A stretch of DNA of 64,000 nucleotides from Octopus vulgaris. Its lineage: Eukaryota. This document shows, one piece after another, positions 48,119 to 62,140 of the stretch (positions are counted from its first letter, which is position 1; every line of letters starts with the position of its first letter). Under the pieces are notes generated by a model, which saw nothing but the letters and a program-made list of their open reading frames with translations, ran no database searches and was not told the DNA's origin. The stretch is from positions 36,642,001 to 36,706,000 of the forward strand of contig OX597820.1 in NCBI GenBank assembly GCA_951406725.2. Reading direction: 5' to 3'. Made by a program: the position numbers and the translations under genes.

Positions 48119-48652
48119 TTAACTCTTATTGTCTTTAATTGAATTTTAATCTTATACCATCATCTATTTCAGGGTATAACATGGTGAAATTGGCACAAGA
48201 ATACCTCACCAATAGTTCATTTATAACTTTATCAGATTGTGTATTCTAGAGAATGACTTTATTGAGGATCAAGGACATGTGATGCTGTTTCTATAACCTT
48301 TATTGAATTACTTAGAAAATATTTGTACCAAACAGTGGTTGCAAAGATTTCTTATGTTGATTTCATTGATATCTTTGATGATGGTGGAGAGGGAAAAATA
48401 AACCATAAACTGAAATTTCCACTCTGATGCATAATGTTGTAAAAATGTTGAATTCTAGTTGAAGATCATTTCATTAAGAGAAAGGTTTCCAAAATTTTTG
48501 TTTGTTTGTTTGTTTTTTTTTTTGTATGAATAAGTGTTTTACAAATTTTCTCATTTATCACCATCTGAAAAATATAATCTGTTGGTAATGATTTGTAAGG
48601 ATTTCTGAAATGTTTCTTTTCTATTAGTATAGTTTAGTTTTAAATCAAGTCC

Positions 48653-49789
48653 ATGGAAGGTAAGGGTGAAACACAGTCTGAAACTAGTGATTTAACTCCT
48701 CACACTGAAGTAAATAAAAAGAAGAAATCATATCCTTGTGACATTTGCGGAAAGACATTCTCACAAAGTAGTAATGTAATTCAGCATAAATTAATTCACT
48801 CTGGTTCAAAACCTTATGCTTGTGGTGTTTGTGGTAAGAGGTTCACTGCAAATAGTTCTCTTTCTTGTCATAAACGGATCCACACAGGGGAAAGACCCTA
48901 CAACTGTAATGTCTGTGGTAAAGCATTTACAATCAAAAGCAATTTGACAAGCCATGAACGCATACATTCTGGAGAGAAGCCATTTCATTGTGAAGTATGT
49001 GGCAAAACATTAGCTCGCAGTACAGAGTTAGCTCATCATATACGGACACACACAGGGGAAAAACCATATCAGTGTGATGTTTGTGACAAGGCATTCTCTA
49101 AAAAGGATTCTTTGGTACGCCACCAACGTATTCATACCGGAGAGAAACCATACAGCTGTGATATTTGTGGAAGAACATTCTCTCTAAAGGGTTCTTTATC
49201 CACTCACCAGCGAACTCATGAAGATAAGTTATCGTATCAGTGTAATATATGTGGTAAAATATTATATCGAAAACATGATTTAGTGAGGCATAATTGTGCT
49301 CGCACTCTACAGAGACGATTTATATGCAATGTTTGTGGTGAAGAGTTTCTTCAGAAATGTCATTTATTTAACCACAAACAAACTCATGCAGGAGAAAAAC
49401 CATACCACTGTGACATTTGTGATAAACCATTCTCACAGAAAAATCAACTGCTTGTCCACAAACGTACACACACAGGAGAAAAACCTTATAACTGTGATAT
49501 CTGTGGTTATATGTTCTCTCAGAAAGGTCATTTGTCTCGTCACAGACGAATTCACACTGGTGATAAACTATACCTCTGTGATATCTGTGGTAAAAGTTTC
49601 TCTCGATGTAATAATTTGTCATCTCATGTGCGCACACATACGGGTGAGAAACCATTTGAATGTGATGTCTGCGGTGAAGCTTTCACCGTAAATAGTCAAT
49701 TATCTACTCACAAAGGTATTCACAGAAGAAGCAATACATATTTCACAGTGAATATTGTCACTAAGACATTTAAACCTCCTGACAATTAA
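48653..49789 (+). CDS. C2H2 zinc-finger protein, 12 tandem fingers (finger 7 is C2HC), single coding exon
   Basis: 378-aa ORF with repeated (Y/F)xCxxCGKxFxxxxxLxxHxRxHTGEKP; TCC-ATG-G start; possible upstream splice acceptor TATTTCAG|G at ~48172. Confidence 0.93.
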   Translation: MEGKGETQSETSDLTPHTEVNKKKKSYPCDICGKTFSQSSNVIQHKLIHSGSKPYACGVCGKRFTANSSLSCHKRIHTGERPYNCNVCGKAFTIKSNLTSHERIHSGEKPFHCEVCGKTLARSTELAHHIRTHTGEKPYQCDVCDKAFSKKDSLVRHQRIHTGEKPYSCDICGRTFSLKGSLSTHQRTHEDKLSYQCNICGKILYRKHDLVRHNCARTLQRRFICNVCGEEFLQKCHLFNHKQTHAGEKPYHCDICDKPFSQKNQLLVHKRTHTGEKPYNCDICGYMFSQKGHLSRHRRIHTGDKLYLCDICGKSFSRCNNLSSHVRTHTGEKPFECDVCGEAFTVNSQLSTHKGIHRRSNTYFTVNIVTKTFKPPDN

Positions 49790-52700
49790 GTTTACCACAA
49801 ATGGGTTCTTTCATTATCATCATTGTTTTAATGTTTATTTGTCCATGCCTGCATAGGTCAGGTGAAGCTTTGTTGGGACAGAGTTTTCTACAATCAGATA
49901 CCCTTCCTTATGCCAACACCACCTATTTCCTGTCTTTTGGACAAACAACCTGAACGTGCTTATACAGAAAACTGGAAACAAATGAGACTTTTTTAATGAG
50001 CCTTTTGTTTACAAAGATTGCGCAACATGTCAGTATGCCTGGGCATACTTTTGTGATGAGCTACAAGCAAATGACACCATTTACATGAACAGAGAGGCCA
50101 TTGTTTACAACCAACAAACACACTTGAAGATGAAGGGGAAATACAAACTCCCACAAGCACACATACAGGAAGACGCATTATACCACAGGTTTCTTTTAGT
50201 TTCCATCTACCAAATCCACTTGCAAGGCTTTTATCGGCCTTGGGTTATAGAAGACACTCACTCAAGGTGCCACACAGTCATGCTTGTGCCTGTATGTGTG
50301 ATGGACTTCTTTCAGCTTCCATCTACCAGATACATTCACCAGGCTGTAGCCAATCGTGTGGCTAAAGGAAAAAGCTTGTAGCATAAGTCTGTAAGACTAG
50401 TTCACATCATTCAGTACACATGGTTGTATATATGGACAATACTGTATAAAACGTTTGCTTGTGAGAAAACCTTCAACTGTAACAACAAATTGATGCTAGA
50501 AAGTATCAATTTTAGTGAGTTTTTTCCAAAAGTTGATTTAAAAAATTTCTTTTTGAAAATGCTATGACTAAAATGAGATAACATTTTTGTAGTATTGACA
50601 ATCCCTCATAACTTAATAGCCTCCATCATTATCAAGATGAAAACAAAGCAAATGTTTAATAACAATTTTTTCCTGGTGCAGTTTATTGTAAAATGTAAAT
50701 TTCATTAAAAAAAATGTTTCATAATTATTATTATTATTTTAATTTTTGTTTCTGTCTTAATAAAGTTTGGATGGGCTAATAATACAATATCTGACCATGT
50801 TGTCATCTCATCTGTAATGCTTTGTGTGACACATTACTAATTCTTTCTTCTGAGGTCTTTTGATCTACTTTGTGCTATCACTTTATGTAATTCTTCTATT
50901 CAATATGCATCATCCCATAATTATGGGTATCACTCTTGCTAGTGTAACCATATCTCCTCCATGTATCTACTAATATCTTTCAGAATCTACCTGTGTGCAG
51001 CCTTTTCTTATGAGTTATCACTAAGAAACTCTCCTGGTAAAAGCATATCCTTAACATTGCGAGGATATCTTCCCCCAAATCAATCCTTCTCTTCAAGGCC
51101 AGAAAATATTTCAATCTCCAACAGCTGATGACTCTCTACAAGATTCAAGTGAGGTCTGCAGTGAAATACTGTGCCTAAATCTGGGATGGTACTGCTGCTA
51201 CATACTGATCTTTTGGACCACATCTAGAGAAGTGCCACACAACTGACTAGTATTCAATCACAAATGGACACACTCCAGCCTCTGGCTCACAAGTGTACTC
51301 TCTCTCCTCTCTGTCTTTGCTATCACTATTATAATAACCTCTGTTCCTTGAAGTTGGCTGGTATCATGCCTTCACCATTCAGGTATCCTCAACCCACCTC
51401 TTGTCACCATTGTTGCATCCAATACCCCCACCCCACCTCTTGTCACCATTGTTGCATCCAATACCCCCACCCCACCCCTAATGTCACACTAACCACTATT
51501 CCAAGTCCTTCCTTCCTGCAACATTGGCTCACTGGAATTTTCTTGTTGTTCATTATCTTTCCTGCAGTTGTTCACTCGACACAATTTAAACAGAATACTA
51601 ATGGCATCAATCTCATTGGTCTCAGAAGCCTTACAAAAGTCATGGGCTCTGCCTCTTCCTCCAGACTCAGCAGGTAAAACAAAAATGAACATTACACAAT
51701 AAACAGGCCATAATCAATTTCTCTTTTATTGGTGCAGACACTTCTACAAAATATTTCATACTGTCCTTAGTTTTACATAAGAGAAAACTTTTGTGTCCAT
51801 TATTAGTGCTGGACTCCCACTAATATTTTCCACCCACCTATTTATAGCTCCATCTACCATACTAATAACATAACTTAGTAAAACTTACCTTTTTCTGACG
51901 TTGATTTCTGAAAACTGAGCAGGTCACACGTTTCAATGAAAGGATGCAGCTTGTGCTGACTGTTACTCCACTGCATGACAAACAGTTGAAGTCCATTATC
52001 CTGCTTGCTTAGTAAAACTTACCACCTTTTTATAGTCTAGTACATTGTATTGGCTCTTCTTGAATACTGCAAAATGTCATTTATATGGCCATTATATTTG
52101 TGTTTTGCCTCTACTACTGGTCTGTTGTAGATCACTATTACTTGTCTATTGTAAGTCACTACTACTTGACCATTGTAGGTTACTATTGGTGTATTATAGA
52201 TCATTGTTACTGGACCATTGTAGGTCAGTACTATTGAACTATTTTAAATCACTAATACTGAACTCTTGTAGATCACAACTGGTCTGTTGTAGGTTGTTAC
52301 TGTTCAACCATTGAAAACCTCTGCAATTATACTGTAGTAAGTCACTGCTATTTCTTTATATTCCATGAAGGTATTTTGGTGAGCCTATGAACTTTTCAGT
52401 CAACTCTTGCACAATAATTTTAGTGAACATTTTCATAAGTGGGATGCCTGTGAGATTCTCTTGGTATAGTAAATTGACTTTGACCAACAAAATCTTTTAT
52501 ATCTGGCAGATCCCCAACTCTACTGAGAATAAAACAACTGACCATGTATGAACACATTTGTTGTATTGTAAAGAAAGGAACTTATTTCAATTAAACAGAG
52601 AAAAACAGATATTTAGTCATAAGGTTTTCTTAATAGAAATTTAAAGAACAGAGGTTTATCCTTTTCTTTGTTTCCAAATAAACTTCTTTCAAAAGAATAC

Positions 52701-54589
52701 ATGCATGCACACAGAGATGAGGAGCACATTTGGTGAGAGAGAGATGAAAACAGAATATTGTTGCTTGCTTGACTTTGAGAAATTACATGTTAAGGATTCA
52801 TTACATCATGTTCAATTATAAAATGAATTTGAAAATAGCTGCAAGAAAATAATCATTCAATTTTGTAATGATTGAATGGAGGAAATGGATAGTGCCTGTT
52901 AGTCATCAAAGTTATTTGTGTATTGAATGAGATCAAGGTAAACACAATGGTAGATAGATATAGAGCATTTCTTATTGCAAAGTAACTTATTAAAATTTAA
53001 CAGAGAAAAATAAATATTTGTAAGTTTTCTAAACAGAAATTTGAAGACAGGAGATTCATAATTTTCATTCTATTTTATAATAAACTTGCTTCTTCGATGA
53101 AATTTTCTATTGAAAATATCTCTGACAATTGAGAAATGTGAATGTGTGGTTGGCCTTTTTTTGTTGTTGGTCAGCAGTATTGCAAAGACAATAAGTTGAC
53201 CATCTCTACTGTGACTTGGCTGTTTCCAGAAACAAATGTTTAACCCCAAGTACACTTACCACCTCTACACTCATGGATACACCATGAGCCAGTATCTTCC
53301 CAGCATCCATAGAACCACAGGGATGCTAGATATTGGTTAAGCATAACCTTACATATCTGCCTTATGATCGCTTCCTTCAGATTCCCTCCCTTAGCAGGGG
53401 CCTGTTATGACGGGCATAATTTCTGCTGAACCAGTCTCATTCTCCAAACTTATATTAGCCAGGGGCAATGAGTGCCATGAACCCAGTAAGCAGTATGCAA
53501 GATTTGAATGGAGTTACCTCCTCTTAGATGATTGAAAGAGTCTAATCTCCCCTAGGTTAGTTAGGTGTCTGTGAGTGACCTAGAGGTAATTTTAGGACAT
53601 GCTGATTAACCTTTGACTGCGACCTTGTGTGTGTGTGCATGTATATATATATACATAGTTATATTTTTCTAATGAAATATATAGATTACTTAGAAGTGCT
53701 CAAGTCAAACCTGAGACATTAGATATAAAAAAGAAAAAGTTCAGATTAGGCAAACCTCTTTCAACATGTAGATTTGATCAAGATAAAATTCATCAAAATT
53801 AAAACATATATTAATATATCAAACATAGAAAAATTTAGGAATATTAAAAATATAAATATGAGTGTAGAAGCACAGTGATAATATAGTAAAAGATAAGAAT
53901 ATAGAAGATAGTGAAAAGTTAATAATTGGCATCTAATAAGGTTTCGGGTTACAATTTTAGGCGATAATATTCTGACGGCCATTTCTGGAGTTCATTCTTC
54001 TGGATAAAAAAAATGAATCTTGAAATCCATTTTGGAGAATGTCTCCATCAGGAAAAACAGTGATATTCATGGTAGATATGCACTCAGTGCATTGCCATGG
54101 GAGGAGGCAATCATGAGCTTATATAGAACAGGTTTATGTATGCAAATAATGGAAATCTTTATGAGGGCTGATGGGAGTAAAAATTACATTACGTATGGAA
54201 TTTATTGAAATTTATATTTGGTAATATATTGTTATAGGCAATAAGATATTAAGTTGTGCAACTGAAATTACTGAGGCTAATTATTTAGTACATTCGGACT
54301 TATCTCATGAAAGTAGAGTAATATTTGTGATTACATGAATATATAGCATCAGAAAACTTATTTAATATAGTAGTATCATACAGATGAAGTATAGTGTAGG
54401 ATTCTTTTATGTACATTCTACATCTACCCATAATCGTATTGAAGGTAGGGGCCTCATCTATAATAGACTGCATTTAAATTGATGTAATGATTGAATTGTT
54501 CAACTAAATGGAGCCACTTGAAATGGTTTTACTGCATCACCTCTGGATATCCTGTTGCTTATTTTGATATATATATATATATATATCTG

Positions 54590-54990
54590 TATGTATACAT
54601 GTATACGTTTGTGTATGTGGAAAGAGAGAGAGAGAGAAATGTATGTATACTTTTTATTTATAGGAAAATGAATATGTGAGCCAGCATGATCTTCCTCACC
54701 TCCCCTTCCAAACCAAAATACATTTAATAAAACACTTCTATCAACAAATATTTTTATCAAAAGTCCTGTATCTTACACCTCATTAACATTTCAATATATA
54801 TATATATTAAATGTTAATGAGGTGTAAGATACATGTCTTTTGATTAAAATGTTTGTTCATATGTATTTTGGCTTGAGAGAGGAGGTGAGGAAGATCATGC
54901 TAGCTCACATATTCATTTCTCTATGAACAAAAAGTATATATACATTTCTCTCTCTCTACATACATACACACAAATACATGTATACATATA
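54590..54990. repeat. ~400-bp imperfect palindrome centred on (TA)n
   Basis: AATATGTGAGCCAGCATGATCTTCCTCACCTCC...TGTATCTTACACCTCATTAACATTT (TA)n AAATGTTAATGAGGTGTAAGATACA...GGAGGTGAGGAAGATCATGCTAGCTCACATATT. Confidence 0.9.
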
Positions 54991-55410
54991 CATACATACA
55001 TACCTTTACATGTATATGCATACATACACACACACATACAAATGTACTCATACATATAAATACATACGCACCTATATCATGATCATCATTTAATGTCCTT
55101 TGAATGGTTCAACTGGGGTCTGGAAAGTCAGGAGGCTGCACCAGGCTCTAATCTTATCTGGCAGTGTTTCTACAGCTGGATGCCCTTCCTAACACAAACC
55201 ACTCCAAGTGTAGGGTGTGCTTCTTTTACATACCACTAGCACAGGGGCCAGAGGGGGTTGTTATCGATCATGATTGGATGGTGCTTTTTACATGTCACTG
55301 GCACGGGAGCCAGTCAAGGCAGCACTGGCATTGGCTATGTTCAGATGGTGCTTTTTACATGTCACCAGCACAGGGACCACAAACTACAATTTCCATTTGA
55401 TTTTGATTTT

Positions 55411-56290
55411 AATAATAATAATAATAATAATAATGAAATTATTGTATACAGTGCTCAGGTGCACCACAACTTGTCAGAAAGTGCATATAAAGTACATGCA
55501 GTAATGTAAAAATGTCTGGAATGTATGCCTGTGTGTGTATGGAGGGGAGAAAATCAAGTATAGTGTTGGCGAATCTCAGGAAGCATGTAAGTTTTGAAGG
55601 ATGCAGTGCTCCGACAACTAACAACTGATGCCGGCAGCTTGTTCCATGCTTCAGCAACTCTCAGCGTGAAAAAATGTTTCCTGAAGTCATGGGAGCTGTG
55701 CTGTTTTCTTACTTTGTAAATATGTCCACGGGTGTTAGATGGGTGGAGTTTGAAAAGGCGCTCAGAGTCACTGTTTGTACGATGGTTGATAATTTTATGG
55801 GTGTCTGCCAAGTCAGCTGCCAGACGTCGGAGTTTCAATGTGTCCATGCCCAGGGAAGTAAGGCGTTCAGGATATGGCAAATGCCTGATGGAGGGTATTC
55901 TTTTGGCTGCACGTCGCTGAACAGCCTCCAGACGATTGATATCCTGGGCAAGATAGGGGTTCCAGACCGGTGATGCAAATTCCAAGTGAGGTCTTACCAT
56001 AGCTATATAAAGCCGCAGAGCGGCTCACAAAGGATTTGGTGAGTGATGCCAAGACACCCGCAGCTTTCTTGACAATTTTAGCGATGTGTTTTGTCCAACG
56101 CAAATCACTGTCGACAATAACACCAGGTCACATGAAGACTTTTGAGACTAGTGTTGTGGAGGGAGTAGGTGGACACTGGGTTTCTCCTCCCAAAATGCAT
56201 GGTGGTACATTTGTCCACAGCCAGTCCATGATCCACTGCTGCATTGTGTCCAGGTCTGCTTGCAATAGAGATCTATAGTGTACAGGATTT
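55411..56290 (-). mobile_element. CR1-like LINE 3' fragment (RT C-terminus)
   Basis: VRPHLEFASPVWNPYLAQDINRLEAVQRRAAK...YPERL..LG..TL..RR; (TTA)n tail at 55411-55433; inserted into an RTE 3'UTR remnant (55075-55410 and 56305 onward). Confidence 0.88.
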
Positions 56291-56304
56291 GACCTCTTTA
56301 TTTT

Positions 56305-56945
56305 GATATACTTGACTCAAAAGGTCTCCTCAAGCACAGCATGTTGCCCTACAATCCAAGGTAATTTTTTAGTGGGCTGGTTATGCATCACTGGTGTAGG
56401 TTACAGCTGTGAACTCACTTTATTTGCTGGGTCTTCTCGGTCACAGCATATCTCCAAAGGTCTCAGTCTTCCGTCATTGCCTGTGAGGCCAAATGTTTGA
56501 AGGTCATACTTCACCACCTCATCCTATGTCTTCATGTGTCTCCTTCTACCCTGGATTCCTTTCACTGTTTGGGAGTGGCACTTCTTCACATGGTTCTCCT
56601 CATCCATCCGTAGTACATGACTATACCAACACAAATATCACATCCAGATCACGCTAGCTTCATTTCTTTCGAGCCTACACGTCTTCAGCAGTCATGGCCC
56701 ATGTTTCACTGCCATGAAGCATGGCAGTTGGCACACATGCATCGTACAATTTACCTTTCACTCTGAGTGAGAGGCCTTTTGTCACCAGTTGGGGTAGAAG
56801 CTTTCTGAACTTTGCCCAAGCTATTCTTATTCTAGTGGTAACACTCTCTGAGCATCGACCCCCACTATAGACTTGGTCACCTAGGTAGCAGAAGCTATCA
56901 ACTACTAGTTTCTTCCCCTGGCATGTAATGGAATCTGTTCAGTGT
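56305..56945 (-). mobile_element. RTE LINE remnant
   Basis: Reverse complement of 9960-10640-like sequence (LVVDSFCYLGDQV, AWAKFRKLLP, LHGSETW). Confidence 0.85.
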
Positions 56946-57115
56946 CTAAATTAGGTAGTTTGTAGTTGGGGTGCTTACAAGTGTAATCTACTGTTACCTT
57001 AATACTTTGGTGGATGGAGTTAGCTATTTGCTGGATGCTTTCCATGGTGCTAGCTTCTTGTAGAGGTGCTTTTGCTACTATGCTGATATTATCAACATAG
57101 TGGGAATACATGGTT
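56946..57115 (-). pseudogene. Penelope-like RT fragment
   Basis: YSHYVDNI...IQQIANSIHQSIKVTVDY...KLPNLD resembles the PLE RT YVDD to LPFLD region. Confidence 0.55.
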
Positions 57116-59065
57116 AAGGCTATGGAGCTCTCAGCTACGTAGTGAGGCTTCTATGACACCATACCATAAAGAATTTAGCTACATTGCCAGCGACCCTGAC
57201 ACCAAAGGCTACACCCTCTCCTTGGGTGTATATTTTGTTATTGAACTTGAACATGTGGCCCTTTAGTCTAACTTTGGTACTCACATCCACTTTATGTGAT
57301 ACCATTTTTCTCACTGATCATAGTTTTTGTGGGGTCCATATGGCTCTGGTCCACCTTTTTTTAAGGATCTTCTTGGCCATTGTTATAGTGAGAAAATAAA
57401 GAAGGCAGGGTGACTGAAGTGACAGTGTGATTGAGAGAAAAGGAGACACATTGCAAGAAAGAATAATGAAAGAGGCAGTAATAGCAGAGGGGAATGAGGC
57501 AGTAGTAATGGAGAATAATGGGAGAGAATAAATGATGGATAATCATAAAATAGTCAGTGGTGAGAGTATGATGGATGACAATAATGAATGATCTGAGGAG
57601 AGAGAGGGAGTGGAGACTAACAATATAGAATGGTAATGTTAGTTGGTAAGAGAAGGCATGGTTGATAAAGTATTCAAGCTGGCAATGGAAACCTGAGAAA
57701 TAGGGAGTGGAAACTGGGGGAGTGAGGCATATTAGATCTGATGCAATCCATCATTAATTAAGCATTGTGATAAGAGGGAAGCACCAGATGCTGATGAGAG
57801 AGATGTACGCAATAGATTTCAATGAAAGCAACACAAGAAGGTATTATCAGCTAGTAAGAGAGCAACAAATATCAACTGATGGATGACCTGAGATAGAGAG
57901 AGCAATTTGCTAGCAATATGTGTAGGAGTGTATAAGATGTTAAGAGCTAAAGCAATCAATCCCTCATTACTCAAGCAACTTGATAAAAGGAGGAGCAGAA
58001 AGACAGAGATGGTGGTAAAAGTGGCAATTGAGTATGAGTAAAGTTACTGCTTTTCTTATTCATGAATGGCAAGGAACAGTGAATAAGGGAAAGAGAACAG
58101 AGAGATGTGAGTGTGTCAGATAAGAAAGAAGAACAGTATGTGGAGATTCAACGGGTGCAAAATAGGGGAAAAGCATAGTTTTAGGTAATATATAATCCAA
58201 AACTACCTCAACTTTTAATGTATATTTTATCATGTTTGCATGGGTGGTCATGTTTTTTCCAGCATCACATACTGCCATCCATTAGCATACATGCAAAAAT
58301 ATACATTGCATATATGTATTTATGTATGTACATATGCATGCATGACATAAAACCTGTGGTCAAAATAGTACTAGTCATCTTGTAATGCTTGTCACTGGAC
58401 CCTACTAAGGACCTATAGAGTAGCAATAGTGTTGTGCAAGCTTTTATTACTTAAGTCTAATGACATATAGATGTCTCACTATCATTTCATTTTTTGATTC
58501 ATTTTGAATGATGGATGCATGACTGAAAGGTCATATCTATGCACATGTAAGGATAAAAGTAAATCAGAACAATCAGGCTGAAATGCATGATGGCTATCAT
58601 CATATACATTGTAATGATGTTTATCCGTATAGCACGTAATACAATATTGATTGGCTTCTCAGTATCAAAATCTACATCAACAGGTTTCAGATTAGAAATG
58701 TCTGATTTGGCATGTTAATTATTGCAGGAAGAAATGAAAATAGTTTTAATAAATAATTAGAAATATCGTATATGCTGAACAAGAATTAAAAAAAAAGAAA
58801 ATACATCTAAATCCATTTTCCAATAATTTTTTTTATTAGAAATCTAAGTCTTCTACACAAACCTTTTTCTATAGTGGCTTAAGTATTTTATTGTGCAAAA
58901 AAACCCCAAAAACATCTATTTTGAATTTCTCTAAGGATTACACTTTCATTTTTTTGTTTACTGTGCAACTTTATGTAACTTTTTAAGCTACTTTTTTGAG
59001 TAAATGATTTACCACAGATCATCATCATTTAACGCCCGTTTTCCATGCTAGCATGGGTTGGACGG

Positions 59066-60695
59066 AGAGATATCAAAGTGATATGGTTTCTCACTTGTGT
59101 GAGTAGTTAAATGACCATACTGAGTGAATGTTTACCACAATGATATGGTCTTTCACCAGTGTGTGTATATCTATGATTAGTTAAAATACAATTCTGAGAG
59201 AAGGACTTGCCACAGATATCACAGTGGTATGGTTTTTCAGCTGTATGCATTTGCATGTGAATGGCTATATCACCTTTCCAACAAAATGCTTCACAATGAT
59301 AAGGTTTTTCACCTATCTGTAATCATATGTGACAATTTCAAGAAAAACTTTTGCCACAAATATTACAATGATATTGTCTCTTTTATGCAAACCTTTGTGA
59401 CCACTCCAAGAGATGTTTTTACCACAGATATCACAGTGATATAGTTTCTCACCTGTATGAATATATCTGCGATGAGTTAAATGACTGCTGTGAGAAAATG
59501 CTTTACCACAGATTTTACAAGAATATGGTCTTTCTCCAGTGTGAACACACTCGTGACTTGTTAATCCACCAATCCGAGAGAATGATTTACCACAAATATC
59601 ACAGTAATATGGTTTCTCTTGTGTATGGATTCGTTTGTGACAATTTAAACTGCTCAACTGAGAGAATAATTTCCCACAAATATCACAATAGTATGGTTTC
59701 TCATCTGTGTGAACCTGCATGTGGCTAATTAAACGAACCTTTAGAGTATATGATTTACCAGAGACATCCCTGTGGCCTATGCCAGGGGTGTAACCAGCCC
59801 ACTTATGCATACCTTCCCTTCATTGGATACTGCTTGCGAAGACCTGTTGAGGCAAGTGAAATCGAAATCAAATTAGATGACTGGCATTCGTGCTAGTGGA
59901 GCACTAAGAGCACCATCTGAGTGTGATCGTTGCCAGAGTGGCTAACTGGCATCCATGCCGGTGGCATGTAAAAAGCACCATTCGAGCGTGATCGTTACCA
60001 GTGTCAACTTACTGGCACTTGTGCCCGTGTGCAGGTGGCATGTAAAAAAAAGACCATTTGTGCATGGCCGTTGCCAGTACCACCTGACTGGCCCTCGTGC
60101 AGGTGTAGTAAAAGCACCCTCTACACTTTCGGAGTGGTTGGCATTAGGAAGGGCATCCAGCTGTAGAAACTCTGCCAGATCAAGACTGGAGCCTGGTTCG
60201 CCAGTCCTCAGTCAAATCGTCCAACCCATGCTAGCAATGGAAAGCAGACATTAAAGGATGATGATGATCATCATCACAGAAGTATGGCTTCCCACCTGTA
60301 TGTATACATTTGTGATAAGTTAGTGTTATCTTTTTAGTAAAGCTTTTACCACATATTTGCCAATTATACAACATGTGTGAATGGGTAACCTATTTTGTTT
60401 GAACGTCATCTCACACATGCCACATTGGTAGGGTTTGTTATCCCTGTGAATAACCATATGAGTAGACAAATACCTATTTTTAGCTAACTGCTTTCCACAA
60501 ATTTCAGTTATAAATCACTGCAGGTGTATGAAGTAATTTATGAACATTGAAGTCACTAGTTTGATCAAATGTCTTCCCACAGATATCACAGGTATACGAT
60601 ACCTTCTTTGTATCTTCTTGTGTCTCAGGAAATAAATCACTACTTTCAGACTGTGTTTCACCATGAACCTGACGTTGCAACATTTTCTCCTCCAT
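59066..60695 (-). pseudogene. C2H2 zinc-finger paralog, disrupted
   Basis: N-terminus HGETQSESSDL...SYTCDICGKTF matches the intact gene's KGETQSETSDL...SYPCDICGKTF; fingers at 59313-59760 retain HTxEKPYxCDICGK; has frameshifts and an RTE insertion. Confidence 0.88.
59765..60270 (+). mobile_element. RTE 3'UTR/tail insertion inside the ZNF pseudogene
   Basis: AAAAGCACCATTCGAGCGTG units, GGCATCCAGCTGTAGAAAC and a (GAT)n tail. Confidence 0.85.
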
Positions 60696-61934
60696 AAGTT
60701 CTAATCTTATTCACATAAATTTAAATTTCTGATATTGTCATAACTAAAGAGAACACTCCATCTCAAAATTTTTTTTTTTGTTGATAAAACTGATATTAGA
60801 CTTATATTTTCTTTCACAATAAATAGTGTCATTTGTCAAAATCCGAGGATTTCTTAGCTATGAAGGAACACTTCAGGATAGGTTGGTTGTAGCATAATTA
60901 CTTTGTTCTTTAGTTAGAAACCATCAAATAAAAGATTCTTAAAGTAGTTCTGATTATCAACAGATATCCAAATAAAACACACCATGGAATCAGAAACAAA
61001 TATATTCTTCAGTACGAAAGTCCAGGTTGTAAGTGCAGTCACCAATGTCCTTGATTATTCCATAATCTTTAGTGTTTGTTGAGGATTTTCAGATGACTGT
61101 CTTCTTGAGGTTACCAGGTATCTTAAAATTAAAGAAATGATATATAAGACAAACATAAAAACAAATGTTTAATGGAGAGAAGAGTTACTGAAAGACAGAA
61201 CAGGAAAAAATGGTACAAAGATAGAAATAAATATGGAAATGTAGATGAGAGCATTGAGTTTTAAAAACAGAGACATTAACAGGACAAACAGACAGGAAGA
61301 AAATACTTTTAGCTTGATTGGTACTAAATTGAATATTCAGTGATCCATATATTGCATAAACAATATAGAAAAGCAATGGTAAAGAGTAATATTTGGATAA
61401 ATGCTTCCTACTAAGGGGCAGTTTCAACAGATTCTTATTCCAAAGATCAAAGAAACATCTTCTTTTCAGAGTTAAAGATCATTTGTAAGATTATGACAAG
61501 AAATTATCAGAAGCAAAAAATATTTATTGTATGTTTTTTTGAATCGTCCTTCCTTTAGGAAGTCAAATTTTTTGTCATAATTGTAGAGCTTGGAAGAACA
61601 AAGTGTCCGTGGGCTTCACAGGCTTTCCTAAACAAGGGAGATTGATGCCATTAATGTTTCTCTTGAACATTCAACACCCATGGAAAATATATGAGAAAAG
61701 AAGGAATTCTAGAAGATTGACTTTCTAGGAAAGGGCTGAGTGTAGTGAATACAAAAAGAGTGATGTGAAAAGGAGAGATGAGTGGGATGAGAGAACTTGT
61801 ATAGAGGTGGCATAAGCCTAGCCAGGTCCAGGAATAAAAGCCATTTTACAGAAGTTTTAGAAAAGGCAGAGAGAGAAAGCAACATGTTTGTGAGCATTGC
61901 TTATAATTTCATCAACCTCATTACCTTCTTGTAT

Positions 61935-62140
61935 TGATTTCAAATTTTGGCACAAGGACAGCAAGGAAAAGAGAGAGGGTAAGTCGATTACATTAACCCC
62001 AGCATTCAACTATTCTATCGACCCCAAAAGGATGAAAGGCAAACTTGAGCTCAGTGGAATTTGAACTCAGATGTGAAGATGGATGAAATGCCGCTCAGCA
62101 TTTTGCCTGGCATACTTATGATTCTGCTAACTTACTGCTT
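61935..62140 (-). mobile_element. Nin-type SINE, diverged
   Basis: AGTCGATTACAT...ATCGACCCCAAAAGGATGAAAGGCAAA...GAATTTGAACTCAG...GATTCTGC is the reverse complement of the 33260 family. Confidence 0.75.

Noticed and set aside
52045-52314. Leu/Cys-rich periodic ORF resembling LRRs
   Set aside because: A degenerate ~24-bp tandem repeat; short, with no ATG start and no LRR consensus.
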